A stretch of 64,000 bases of DNA from Dehalococcoidia bacterium (lineage in GTDB: Bacteria > Chloroflexota > Dehalococcoidia > UBA6926): NCBI GenBank assembly GCA_963666115.2, contig CAXXET010000007.1:128001-192000 (forward strand), read 5' to 3'. Under the pieces are notes generated by a model. That model was not told where the DNA came from, did not search any database, and was given only the letters and a program-made list of their open reading frames with translations. Every line of letters starts with the position of its first letter. The first letter of the stretch is position 1. Shown piece after piece: positions 28,349-37,854 of this stretch. Made by a program: the position numbers and the translations under genes.

Positions 28349-29617
28349 CTACCCACCCGCCACCCCATCCAGCGCCTCCCGCCACTCGCGGGTAGACAGG
28401 CCGTTAGGGTATCCCTTCCGGTACGTGATGACACCGTTGCCGTTGATGACGACTGCAGACGCGTGAGTATTGATGCCGTATTCATTCGATAAATGCACAT
28501 CGAACGCCGCCATGCCCCAGGGATACCCCTGTCTCTCGGCGTATCGGCGGATACTGCTCTCATCATCGATCGGACTGGCAGCGATGGCGAGAACGGCAAC
28601 CCGGTCCGAGTAATCTCCGTATAGATCCTTGAGGCTCTGCAAATCAGAGCGACATACCGGTCAAGTGCTTGAGAAGAAGTACAAAACGACGGGCTGGTTG
28701 GCCTGCTTGAAGTCCGTCAGCGAGCGGGTTACGCCATTCGTCGTCGTCACCGTGAAGTCCGGCGCGGACTGCCCCACACGGTTGCCAACGGGCGGAGCGG
28801 GTTGGGCGGGCGGCTGGGTGGGCGGGATGGGCACAGGCGTGTCCGTAGGCTGCGTTGACGGCGTTGTGCCTGACAGCGTGGGAGGCGTCGGTTCGGCGGT
28901 TCCGGGCAGCAACGCAGGCGGAGCGACGGTTGGTGGCGTGAGCGTCGGCGGCGCTTGGGGGGTCCCCGTCACGGTCGCATTGGTATCCGGCTGCGAGGCG
29001 CTTGTATCGACCTGCGTGCCTGTCAACGGGAGCGTCGTCACCGCGTCAAGCGCCTCCCGCCACTGCTCAGCATTGTGGCTTCTCCCCGCCGCCCGGAACG
29101 TGATGACGCCATCGCCGTCGATGATGACCTTGGAGGGCTGGCGGATGACGCCAAAGGCCGTCTGCACGTCTCCGTGATAAATTGCCATTTCCCAGGGGTA
29201 TCCCTGTTGTGCGGCATATCTGTCTATCGTTTCCGCAGTCTCGTCCGGGTCGACGTCAACCGCGATGAACGCCACCTCATCCTGGTAGTCGGGGTAAACA
29301 CTCTTGGCAGTCTGCAACTCAGACCGGCATGACGGTCACCAGCTTGCGAAGAAATAGACGACGACAGGCTGGTTCGCCTGCTTGAAATCCGTCAACGACC
29401 GCGTCACGCCGGATGTGGTCGTCACGGAGAAGTCCGGCGCGAGATCGCCGACACGGTTGCCGACCTCCGGCGCGGCCTCCGCCGGCGTCCCGTTTTCCGG
29501 TGAGGTTGGTGCCGTCTCCTCCGTGCCCGTGCCGCACGCGGCGGCCAGCATCATCAGCGCCGCAACCAGCAGCGCGCCAACCAGGACGCCCGCCCACATG
29601 TGCAGTCGTATGCTCAC
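28349..29617 (-). CDS. Lipoprotein with two tandem TlpA/AhpC-TSA thioredoxin-fold domains, each with a UxxC motif (TGA at 29336-29338 and 28661-28663)
   Basis: Three in-frame ORFs separated only by TGA codons: FFASW*PSCRSEL and FFSST*PVCRSDL. Duplicated VGNRVG..APDF.VTTT.GVTRSLTDFKQANQPVV.YFF. GGAGG RBS, lipobox AAAC, real stop TAG. Confidence 0.88.
28634..28650 (-). promoter_or_regulatory. Putative SECIS hairpin for the second UGA
   Basis: GCTCTG-ATTTG-CAGAGC, loop starting 16 nt after the TGA. Confidence 0.65.
29309..29325 (-). promoter_or_regulatory. Putative SECIS hairpin for the first UGA
   Basis: GGTCTG-AGTTG-CAGACT, loop starting 16 nt after the TGA. Confidence 0.65.
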
Positions 29618-29636
29618 AAGTCGCCTTCCTCCGCGT

Positions 29637-31247
29637 TCATGGCGGCGAGCCAGCCAATCCCCACCCGCCCCCGCCCGGCGTCTCTATCGTAAGCCTGTCC
29701 CCCGCCCCAACGGTAGCCGTCACCGTCGCCGGTAGTTCTTCATCATCGTCTCCACCGATTCTGCGCAGCGTATTCCGGCCCGGCGCGCCGTCCGCCCCTC
29801 CCGCCAAACCCCACGCCCCGCGCGAACGCCTCTCCGTCAGCAGGGATACCGTCGCGTCGCCCAAAAACTCCACCGTCCGCACAAGGCCGTCGCCGCCCCG
29901 GAACCGCCCCGCCCCGCCGGAGCCGCGCCGCACCCCGTACTCCAGCACGCGGAATGGGTACTGGTACTCCAGCGCCTCGATTGGCGTATTGAGCGTATTC
30001 GTCATATGGCTGTGGATGGCCGACTCGCCGGGCCCGTCGGGGCTCGCGCCGACTCCCCCCGCGAGCGTCTCGTAATATGCGAAGGGCTGGCCGGTGCGCG
30101 GGTCCGTGCCGCCGATGGTCACGTTGTTCATCGTCCCCTGGCTTGCGGCCGGGATTTTGTCGGGCAGAACGTCTGCGAGCGCCCCAAACACGACGTCAAC
30201 TATCCGCTGCGATGTCTCCACGTTGCCCGCCGCGACGGCGCGCGGCGGGCGCGGATTGACCAGCGATCCCTCCGGCGTGATGACCTCCACGGACGCGAAC
30301 GAGCCCTGGTTCGCCGGAGCGCGCGGCCCGGCCAGGCAGCGCACGCAATACTGAACCGACGAGACGGTAACGGCACGCACCGCGTTGTTATTGCTCAGCG
30401 GCTGTTCCGGCGACGTGCCCGTGAAATCCACACTGAGCGAACCGTCGCCGTCGCTCGTGATGGTCACGGCGATGCGGGGACGCTCCCCGCCGCTCGTGGG
30501 TGGCTCCATATCGTCCGAGAACGCATACTCGCCCGACGGTATCTCGCGCAGCGCGGCCCGCACCAAACGCTCGGCGTACTCGATCAGCGCGTCGCCGTGC
30601 TCTGTCACCGCCTGCCAGCCATACCGCCTGATCAGCGACTCGTAGCGCCCCTCGCCAATGCGGTTGGCGGCGATCTGCGCCGCAAGGTCGCCCCGCCGCT
30701 CCTCCGGGGTCCGCACGTTCCGCATGAACAACTCAACGGCCTCGTCGTTGAGCACGCCTGCTTTGGCAAGCCTGATCGGCGGGATGATGAACCCCTCCTG
30801 GTAGATGGACGTTGACGCGGGCATCGAACCGGGGGCCATGCCCCCCACGTCCGCGTGGTGCGCCCGCGACGCCACGAAGCCCGCCAACTCCCCAGCATCC
30901 CCGTCATCAATGCCATCGGGAATGAACACAGGCGAGATCAAAGTCAAATCCGGCAGGTGCGTGCCGCCGAGATACGGATCGTTTAGCGCGATCAGATCGC
31001 CCGGCTCAAAAATGTCGAACCGCTCGATAGCGGCCTGCACCGACGCCGGCATCGCGCCCAGGTGGACGGGGATATGCTCCGCCTGCGCTAGGATGCGCCC
31101 CGTGGAATCAAAGACGGCGCAGGAAAAATCACGCCGCTCCTTGATGTTCGGCGACCACGCCGTCCGCCCCAGCGCCGCCCCCATCTCCTCCGCGATGGCC
31201 GCGAATAACCGCCGAAACACCTCCAGCGAGATGGCGTCAACGCTCAT
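29637..31247 (-). CDS. Hydantoinase B/oxoprolinase family protein
   Basis: SPNIKERRDFSCA, HIPVHLG, NDPYLGGTHLPD, AHHADVGG, ETPGGGGWG. Confidence 0.95.
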   Translation of the reverse strand: MSVDAISLEVFRRLFAAIAEEMGAALGRTAWSPNIKERRDFSCAVFDSTGRILAQAEHIPVHLGAMPASVQAAIERFDIFEPGDLIALNDPYLGGTHLPDLTLISPVFIPDGIDDGDAGELAGFVASRAHHADVGGMAPGSMPASTSIYQEGFIIPPIRLAKAGVLNDEAVELFMRNVRTPEERRGDLAAQIAANRIGEGRYESLIRRYGWQAVTEHGDALIEYAERLVRAALREIPSGEYAFSDDMEPPTSGGERPRIAVTITSDGDGSLSVDFTGTSPEQPLSNNNAVRAVTVSSVQYCVRCLAGPRAPANQGSFASVEVITPEGSLVNPRPPRAVAAGNVETSQRIVDVVFGALADVLPDKIPAASQGTMNNVTIGGTDPRTGQPFAYYETLAGGVGASPDGPGESAIHSHMTNTLNTPIEALEYQYPFRVLEYGVRRGSGGAGRFRGGDGLVRTVEFLGDATVSLLTERRSRGAWGLAGGADGAPGRNTLRRIGGDDDEELPATVTATVGAGDRLTIETPGGGGWGLAGSPP

Positions 31248-33250
31248 GCGGACGACCTTTCGAGAATGAGGTTCAGGCGCTCATCCACACGGCCAACCCA
31301 CCCCGGCGGCACATACGTGGTGCAGTCTGTCTGCGTAAGCACGGCAGGGCCGGCGATGCGGTTGCCCGCCATCAGCGCGTCGCGGTCATAGAGCGGCGCG
31401 GCGGTCTCTCCCGTGTCCGTCGTCAGCGTCGTCTCGCCAAGTCGTGCATGGCTCGCGTCCGGCCCGCCCTCCCCGTTCGCAACAGCGAACTCAGGGCGGC
31501 GCGCGGGTATGGTCGCGCGCAGCCGCAGCGTGACGACCTCCGTCGGCCAATCGGGATGGCTATGGTCGAAACGACGCTGGTGGGCGGCGTGAAAGCGTTC
31601 CTCCAGCGTCAGGCCGTCACCGCCGCCTGCCGGGATGGACAACTCGTACCCCTGCCCCTTGTACCGCACGTCCGCGAACGCCGCAAAGCGCGAGCTGGAA
31701 GCGTGTAGGCCGTCTGCGCCCATATCGAGCCGCGCGTCCGTTTCCATCCGCCCCAGCATCCGCCACACATTCGTCACCGTCGCGTACTCCATGTCCCACA
31801 TAACGGTGCGCGAGAAATCGCGGGTCACATCGATGTTCAGCATCCCCCACGCCGACAGCGCGCCCGGCAGGCGCGGTATCAGCACGCTGCGAATGCCAAG
31901 CCCGTCCGCGAGTTCGCAAGCGTGGAGCGGCCCCGCCCCGCCGAACGCCACCAGGGTGAAATCGCGCGGGTCGTGTCCCCGCTCCAGCGAGACTACCCGC
32001 AGCACTTGCTCCATGTTCGCGTTGGCGACGCGCGTAATGCCCAGGGCGGCCTGTTTTGGCGTCATGCCGAGCTGCCCGCCAATGCCCTCCATCGCCGCCT
32101 CCGCAGCATTCCCGTCCAGCGTCAGCCGCCCTGCAAGCGGCCTGTCCGCCGGAAGCCTGCCAAGCGTGATATTCGCGTCCGTCACCGTCGGGCCGCCGCC
32201 CCGTCCGTACGCGGCAGGCCCCGGCTCCGCCCCCGCGGACTGCGGCCCCACAGCCAGCGCGCCCCCCGCGTCCACGCTTGCAAGTGATCCGCCGCCCGCC
32301 CCCACCGTGTGAATATCGACAATCGGAACACGCAGCGGATATCCGCCGATGCTGCCCTCGGACGTGCGCTGAACCTCCCCGTCGCACAGCGAAACGTCCG
32401 TGGACGTGCCGCCCATGTCCAGCGTGATGATCCGGTCGAACCCCGCCGCCCGCGCCACCTCGAACGCCCCGACCACGCCCCCCGCCGGCCCGCTCAGCAG
32501 CGTCTCCACCGGGAAGCTGCGCGCCTGCCCAATGGTCATGCTCCCGCCGTTCGACGACATGATCCGCACCGTCGAATCCACTGATTTGTCAATTCGTGAC
32601 AGGTACGACTGCATAACGGGCGCGACGTAGGCGTTCAGCACGGTCGTCGTCGTTCGTTCATACTCCCGGAACTCCGGCACGACGTCGCTTGACAGTGAGA
32701 TCGGAATATCGGCGTGCAAACGCCGCCGCAGGGCATCCCGAACGGCCTGCTCATGCTCAGGACGCAGGAAGGAGAAGAGCAGCGCAACCGCCACCGACTC
32801 CGCTCCGGACGCCGCAATTGCCGCAGCAAGCGCGTCAAGCTCTGCCGCATCCGGCTCCCTTAAAACCTCCCCCTCAGCCGTCACGCGCTCATCCACGTCA
32901 AAGCGCAGTTCGCGCGGAACAAGGGGGGCGGGGCGAGTGACGCTCAGGCTGTACAGGTCGTCCCGTGCCTGCCTCCCAATCTCGATCACGCCCGCCATGC
33001 CCCGCGTCGCAACAAGCGCCGTCCGCGCCCCGCGCCGCTCCAGCGCCGCGTTCGTGCCAACGGTGCTGCCGTGAACGACCTCATCGTTCTTTTCGCCGTC
33101 CCCGCCGATCTCCCGCGCGCCGGCAAGAAACGATTGGGCAGGGTTTGCGGGCGTCGACGGAACCTTGATCAGGCGAATGGAGCCGTCGTCATCGAGACGG
33201 ATGATGTCCGTGAACGTCCCGCCCGTGTCGATCCCAATCAGTGGTGCCAT
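31244..33250 (-). CDS. Hydantoinase A/oxoprolinase family protein
   Basis: GIDTGGTFTD, HGSTVGTNA, SGPAGG, DMGGTSTD, GAGGGS. Confidence 0.95.
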   Translation of the reverse strand: MAPLIGIDTGGTFTDIIRLDDDGSIRLIKVPSTPANPAQSFLAGAREIGGDGEKNDEVVHGSTVGTNAALERRGARTALVATRGMAGVIEIGRQARDDLYSLSVTRPAPLVPRELRFDVDERVTAEGEVLREPDAAELDALAAAIAASGAESVAVALLFSFLRPEHEQAVRDALRRRLHADIPISLSSDVVPEFREYERTTTTVLNAYVAPVMQSYLSRIDKSVDSTVRIMSSNGGSMTIGQARSFPVETLLSGPAGGVVGAFEVARAAGFDRIITLDMGGTSTDVSLCDGEVQRTSEGSIGGYPLRVPIVDIHTVGAGGGSLASVDAGGALAVGPQSAGAEPGPAAYGRGGGPTVTDANITLGRLPADRPLAGRLTLDGNAAEAAMEGIGGQLGMTPKQAALGITRVANANMEQVLRVVSLERGHDPRDFTLVAFGGAGPLHACELADGLGIRSVLIPRLPGALSAWGMLNIDVTRDFSRTVMWDMEYATVTNVWRMLGRMETDARLDMGADGLHASSSRFAAFADVRYKGQGYELSIPAGGGDGLTLEERFHAAHQRRFDHSHPDWPTEVVTLRLRATIPARRPEFAVANGEGGPDASHARLGETTLTTDTGETAAPLYDRDALMAGNRIAGPAVLTQTDCTTYVPPGWVGRVDERLNLILERSSA

Positions 33251-33633
33251 TCATTATCACCGGACTCCACCAGCAGCGGCGCCTCCTGAGCGATACTCCC
33301 GTCCACCACGGCCTGCACCAGGTACAACCCGTCATTCTCGGCCTGTATGCCGAGGCTCATGAAGAACTGGTGGCCCTGGATCGGCAGCAGGTTCGCCATG
33401 ATCGGCTCGCTGCGGACGATCTCCATGCCGTTCGGATCGAGCACGCGCAGGATGAGTTCATGCGATCCCTCGCCGTGCAGGCGGCAGTAGATGGAGAACT
33501 GGAACGCCATCGGAAACTGTTGCGCCCCAACCGTGTCGAAGATGCCGATGACGTGCGCCCGCCCGCGTTCATCGCGAAAAGAATCCTGCCCCAGCAGCAG
33601 GGCGGTGACGCGGACGGCGGTGGATTCAGTCAT
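33238..33633 (-). CDS. DUF6941-like beta-sandwich protein
   Basis: LLLGQD..GRAHVIGIFD..AQQFP..GLY pattern. Confidence 0.55.
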   Translation of the reverse strand: MTESTAVRVTALLLGQDSFRDERGRAHVIGIFDTVGAQQFPMAFQFSIYCRLHGEGSHELILRVLDPNGMEIVRSEPIMANLLPIQGHQFFMSLGIQAENDGLYLVQAVVDGSIAQEAPLLVESGDNEWHH

Positions 33634-33658
33634 CGGCGCAAAAAACCACGGGGAGCGG

Positions 33659-34324
33659 TCACGCCCCGCGCCTGGCCGGGCACCACGCATTGTGTTCCGT
33701 CATCACGTCGTCCCAACTCTCAAAGCCGACGTGCAACTGCAGAAGATGCCCGCACTTCTCGCAGTCCTTGTGCTCAAACGTCTCGAACGGATCAACGTCC
33801 GCCCCCATCATCGCCTGCGAGGCCAACTCCACCAGCGACGACAGCCGCTCGACGGTCAGATCGACCATCCCCTGGAACGTGCCAGGCGGCTTGGGCGCTT
33901 GGATCGTGTCCAGCGAAAACCGTGCCGCCAGCACCAGGTGGTCGTGTCCAAGTCGCGGCAGCACGTTGCCTTGGATTGCCACCCCCTGCGCCGCCCGCGC
34001 CTCGATCGGCGGCTCGATCTCCAACTCCCGCGTCACCGTATTCATCAGCGCGATATACAGCGCGGTGCGTAGGCCGGCCCCGTCCAGCCCCGCCGGCAGC
34101 GCAGCCGCCGCGCCATCCCCGCTAAGCGGCGCGTCCCCGTTGCCGATGGCCGTATACACCGCGTCGCCCAGCGCCAGCAGCGCCCCCTGCTCCATCGGCT
34201 CAATGGCCGAAACAAGCCGCATGTCGTCGTCGGTCATTTCGGCGAGTTCGCCCAGGAACTGCTGAAAGTAGCGCCGCGCGGCGGGCGTCGGCCCCAACAG
34301 CGCCGAACGGGACGATGACGTCAT
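33659..34324 (-). CDS. Hypothetical protein with C-terminal CxxC/HxxxC
   Basis: Co-oriented ORF with GGAG RBS; CEKCGH..HNAWC. Confidence 0.55.
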   Translation of the reverse strand: MTSSSRSALLGPTPAARRYFQQFLGELAEMTDDDMRLVSAIEPMEQGALLALGDAVYTAIGNGDAPLSGDGAAAALPAGLDGAGLRTALYIALMNTVTRELEIEPPIEARAAQGVAIQGNVLPRLGHDHLVLAARFSLDTIQAPKPPGTFQGMVDLTVERLSSLVELASQAMMGADVDPFETFEHKDCEKCGHLLQLHVGFESWDDVMTEHNAWCPARRGA

Positions 34325-34399
34325 GCACTGAACTCCAAGGACAATCGCTATCGTGATCAGGTTGGTCGTTAGTAGTGTAGCACTGGGGCAGGGCAAAGC

Positions 34400-35647
34400 T
34401 CAGGTTCGCGCCCCCTGCGGCGTGTTCAGCCGCCCCGGCCCCGTCTCCGGCAGCAAGATTCCCGCGATGAACAGCGTGAACGATGTCGCGGCGATGACCC
34501 CAATGCCGATCAGGAAACTCCCCGTCTCATCGATGAGGAATCCCGCGATGATCGGCCCAATGAAGCTGGACGCGTTGCCCGCCGTCAGGATTGCCGCCCA
34601 GATCGCCACCGCGCGCTCCGGCGATGATCCCGGCAGTTCGATGGGGATGGTGAACAGCGACGGCTCATATAACCAGTGCAGGAAGCCGGTCACGATGACG
34701 GCCGTTAGCAGCAGTATCCCGACGGGCGCGTAGATGGTGGTCATTCCCGCCGCGCCCAGTATTAGTCCGGACCAGATGATGACCGGCCGCCTCTTCCCGA
34801 TGAATGTCGCGATGGCCCCTCCAATGACGTTGGCCGGCGCCCCCGCCAGTGAGAAGATGCCCGCCATCAGCCCCGCCATCGCCAGGCTCAGCCCGAGCTC
34901 CTCCTCGTAGAAGGTTGGCAGCCACGTGTTCAGCGTGATGAACTGCGCCCACGGGCCAATCACGGCGAAAGACATCAGCCACGTTTCGCGCCGCCGGAAA
35001 ACGCTCAGAATCGCGCCGATCTTCACCGGCTCCGGCGGCGCGCCGCCCAGCGCCTCCCGCTCCCGCCACAGAAACACGAACAGCACGGCCCCAGCCGCCG
35101 TGATGACCCCCTCCATGCCAATCGCCCACTCCCAGGTTGTCCAGTCCGCCAACACCGGCCCCATGTACTGCGCAACCGCCAGTCCCACGGTTATCGAGGC
35201 GAGCGCGACGGCGTTCGCGATTGGCACTTCTCGCGGCGGCGCCCACCGCATGATGATGGCCGCCGTGAGCGGCGTGATGGCCGCCGCCCCGATTCCCTGC
35301 ACCGAGCGCAGGGCGATGAACCACCAGAATCCCGGCAGAAACGGCGTCAACGCCGTGACCCCCAGCAGCGCCCAGCCGATGCCGTACACCGCGCGGATAT
35401 TCCATCGTGAGAGAATGATTGAGGCCGGGATGGTTCCGAGGGTGAACACCAGCGTGATGCTCGTGACCACAAAGCCGCCCTGCGACTTGCTCAGGTCCCA
35501 CGACTCCGTGATGAGCGGCAGAACCGACGCCGGGGCAAGGAACGCGATCCCCAGCATGAAGTGCATGAGGACGACAAGCGCATAGATGACGAAGCGATAA
35601 GCGGGAGCTTTGCTGGTCTCAGTTCCGGGGGTGTCGGTGTCAAGCAT
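34400..35647 (-). CDS. MFS transporter
   Basis: About 12 hydrophobic helices; LRSVQGIG, WLPTF, GKRRPV. Confidence 0.9.
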   Translation of the reverse strand: MLDTDTPGTETSKAPAYRFVIYALVVLMHFMLGIAFLAPASVLPLITESWDLSKSQGGFVVTSITLVFTLGTIPASIILSRWNIRAVYGIGWALLGVTALTPFLPGFWWFIALRSVQGIGAAAITPLTAAIIMRWAPPREVPIANAVALASITVGLAVAQYMGPVLADWTTWEWAIGMEGVITAAGAVLFVFLWREREALGGAPPEPVKIGAILSVFRRRETWLMSFAVIGPWAQFITLNTWLPTFYEEELGLSLAMAGLMAGIFSLAGAPANVIGGAIATFIGKRRPVIIWSGLILGAAGMTTIYAPVGILLLTAVIVTGFLHWLYEPSLFTIPIELPGSSPERAVAIWAAILTAGNASSFIGPIIAGFLIDETGSFLIGIGVIAATSFTLFIAGILLPETGPGRLNTPQGART

Positions 35648-35715
35648 TAGTGCAACTATAGCGGGTGGACGCGCTGAGTGGACGCCCGCAGGCGGGAGCA
35701 GGGAGCGAATCTGAC

Positions 35716-36186
35716 ATGCAGCCGAACTCGTGGGTATTTGCCACAATCGTCATCCTCGCTGTCTTCATCATCATCCTCACCGGCAACCTCTACATCACGC
35801 TCCTCATCGGGCTGCCGGTCCTCTTCACCGTCGGCCTCATCATCCTCTTTCGCCGTACCCGGCCCGAACCGCCGCCCGCCCCCCTGCCCGCCGGCCCCCT
35901 TCTCGAACCCGCCGAACTGGAAGGCCGCATCGACCGCATGGCCATGGAAGACGTCGAAGCCGAAGATTCCGGCTCGGGACTCTTCTCCAACAAGCCGCGC
36001 TATAACTCAGTCCTCGTCATCATCATCAGCGGAATCCGCTACCGGCTGGACCCCGCCCCCATGCGAAGAGGCGGCTACGATTGGATGAAAGAAGGCATGT
36101 GGGTCAAAGCCACCTTCGACCGCCAAACCCGCGTCATCTATGAAATCCAACAAGCCCCCGGCCCGCGTGGCTACGGAGACCGCTAA
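35716..36186 (+). CDS. Hypothetical membrane protein
   Basis: Two N-terminal TM helices, Pro linker, small beta-rich domain. Confidence 0.6.
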   Translation: MQPNSWVFATIVILAVFIIILTGNLYITLLIGLPVLFTVGLIILFRRTRPEPPPAPLPAGPLLEPAELEGRIDRMAMEDVEAEDSGSGLFSNKPRYNSVLVIIISGIRYRLDPAPMRRGGYDWMKEGMWVKATFDRQTRVIYEIQQAPGPRGYGDR

Positions 36187-36197
36187 CGGCGCCCCCC

Positions 36198-37082
36198 TCA
36201 CTCATACCAGCCGGAGCCGAACACGTAGCCATCGTGGTGGATCGCCCACACGTGCTTGACCTCGTCCTCGCCTGTTTCCGGGTTTAGGAAGCGGATCTGT
36301 ATCCACTTGCCTTCTTCGCCGGCGCTCAGCAGATCGTCGCCGTAGAAGTAGCCTGTTGAGTCGATGCGTTCGGATGGGTCGCGCTGGCGTATCTCCGGGC
36401 GGAAATGACCCACCGTCCGCCCCGTGCTCGCGTCGATGATGAACACGTACCACGGCCCGTCCACATTCTCCCGGCTGTTGTAGTAGTCGATCGTCACGTC
36501 GAACCCGGGCGCGTCGTACAGGATCAGCGCCTTCTCCACCAGCCACTGCGTGTACGCCTCATGATTCGACTTGCGCGGCAAATCCTCGTGCCAGCCTGAG
36601 CCGAACAACAGCCCGTCGTGCGTGATCAGCCACGCGTGCTTCATCTGCATCCGGCCGTTGGACGGATTCAGGGACTCATAGCGCACCCACACGCCGTCCT
36701 CGCTTGCCGCATCCAGTACCATCTGCCCGGACGGATACTCGTTGGTGGTTCGAACCTCGGAAAGATGCACCCCCTGGAAATCCACCTCCGGGCTCGGGTG
36801 GGCGATGAGCGTCCCGCCCTCATCCGCGATGAACACGTAATACTGCCCGTCGAAGCTCTCCACAGACCTGTAATGGGCAAGCGTGTCCTCCAGCCCGTCC
36901 GCCTCATAACGGTCAATGGCCCGTTGCACGAACGCCTGCGTGTACGCCGCCTGATCGCTCCGGCGCGCCTCAGCCGACGGCGCCCGCCCATCCTGCCTCT
37001 CCGGCGCCGCGCACGCCAACGCCGCCGCCGCGACCACCGCCACAGCCACCAGAACTGCCGCCGTCACGACACGACCCATCAT
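36198..37082 (-). CDS. Exported protein with tandem Cache domains
   Basis: Two repeats of AYTQ..V..A...Y...G....  /  DG.YYVFI /  G.W....NP..G....KH.W...HDG..FGSGW. Signal peptide with ALAC. Confidence 0.85.
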   Translation of the reverse strand: MMGRVVTAAVLVAVAVVAAAALACAAPERQDGRAPSAEARRSDQAAYTQAFVQRAIDRYEADGLEDTLAHYRSVESFDGQYYVFIADEGGTLIAHPSPEVDFQGVHLSEVRTTNEYPSGQMVLDAASEDGVWVRYESLNPSNGRMQMKHAWLITHDGLLFGSGWHEDLPRKSNHEAYTQWLVEKALILYDAPGFDVTIDYYNSRENVDGPWYVFIIDASTGRTVGHFRPEIRQRDPSERIDSTGYFYGDDLLSAGEEGKWIQIRFLNPETGEDEVKHVWAIHHDGYVFGSGWYE

Positions 37083-37852
37083 CGAATCAACCGCGCCTTC
37101 ATTCGCGCTACCGCCAGGTAGTAGAAACCCGTGCCCAGCACGACCAGGTACAACAGCGACCACACGCTCGTCATCGTCAGCGTCCCGTTGACGAGCTCCC
37201 TGATCGTTGCCACGTACGGCGTCAGCGGGATGATCCATGCCAGCTCCCGCACGATGTCCGGGTACCGCTCCAGCGGGAAGAAGACGCCGCCGAAGAAATA
37301 CATCGGCATCACGCCCAGCGTGATCGCGTAGTTGAACGTCCAGAACGACGGCGCGTGCGCGGTGACAAGCAGCGCCATCGACGAGAACAGGATTCCCGCG
37401 AAGAACGCGAGCGGCGGGATTAGTATGGCAAACGGCGACTCAACGAATCCCATCACCGCCAGCACGAACATGATCACCGTCGCGCTGAAGAAGGAGCGCG
37501 TCGCGCCCCATAAGACCTCGCCCGTGATCACATCCTCAATCGATAACGGCGTGGCGATCATCGCCTCGTACAGCCCGCGTATGGCCATGCGCGTATAGGA
37601 GCCATAGGTGCACTCGAAGAACGCCCCAAAGAGTGAATACCCGCCGATGATCCCCGGCCCGATGAACTGCACGTAGCTAACCTCGCCGCCCAGCGAGACG
37701 TACGCGCCCAGACCGAGTCCCATCGCCCCCAGCACCACCAGCGGCTCCACGAACAGCGGCCCCACCTCCGCCAGCGCAAAGCGCCTGAAGACCGTCCAAT
37801 TCCGCCGCCAGACGCGGAAGCCGAACGGAACGCGGTCCGGCGTCAGTATCAC
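37079..37852 (-). CDS. ABC-2 exporter permease (NodJ-like)
   Basis: VWRRN, YVQFIGPG, GEVLWGA, FGGVFFP. Confidence 0.9.
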   Translation of the reverse strand: MILTPDRVPFGFRVWRRNWTVFRRFALAEVGPLFVEPLVVLGAMGLGLGAYVSLGGEVSYVQFIGPGIIGGYSLFGAFFECTYGSYTRMAIRGLYEAMIATPLSIEDVITGEVLWGATRSFFSATVIMFVLAVMGFVESPFAILIPPLAFFAGILFSSMALLVTAHAPSFWTFNYAITLGVMPMYFFGGVFFPLERYPDIVRELAWIIPLTPYVATIRELVNGTLTMTSVWSLLYLVVLGTGFYYLAVARMKARLIR

Positions 37853-37854
37853 GG

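Noticed and set aside
33640-33670. TGA followed by a hairpin as a fourth Sec site
   Set aside because: No redox motif context, another stop follows within about 10 codons, and the hairpin plus U-tract fits a terminator.
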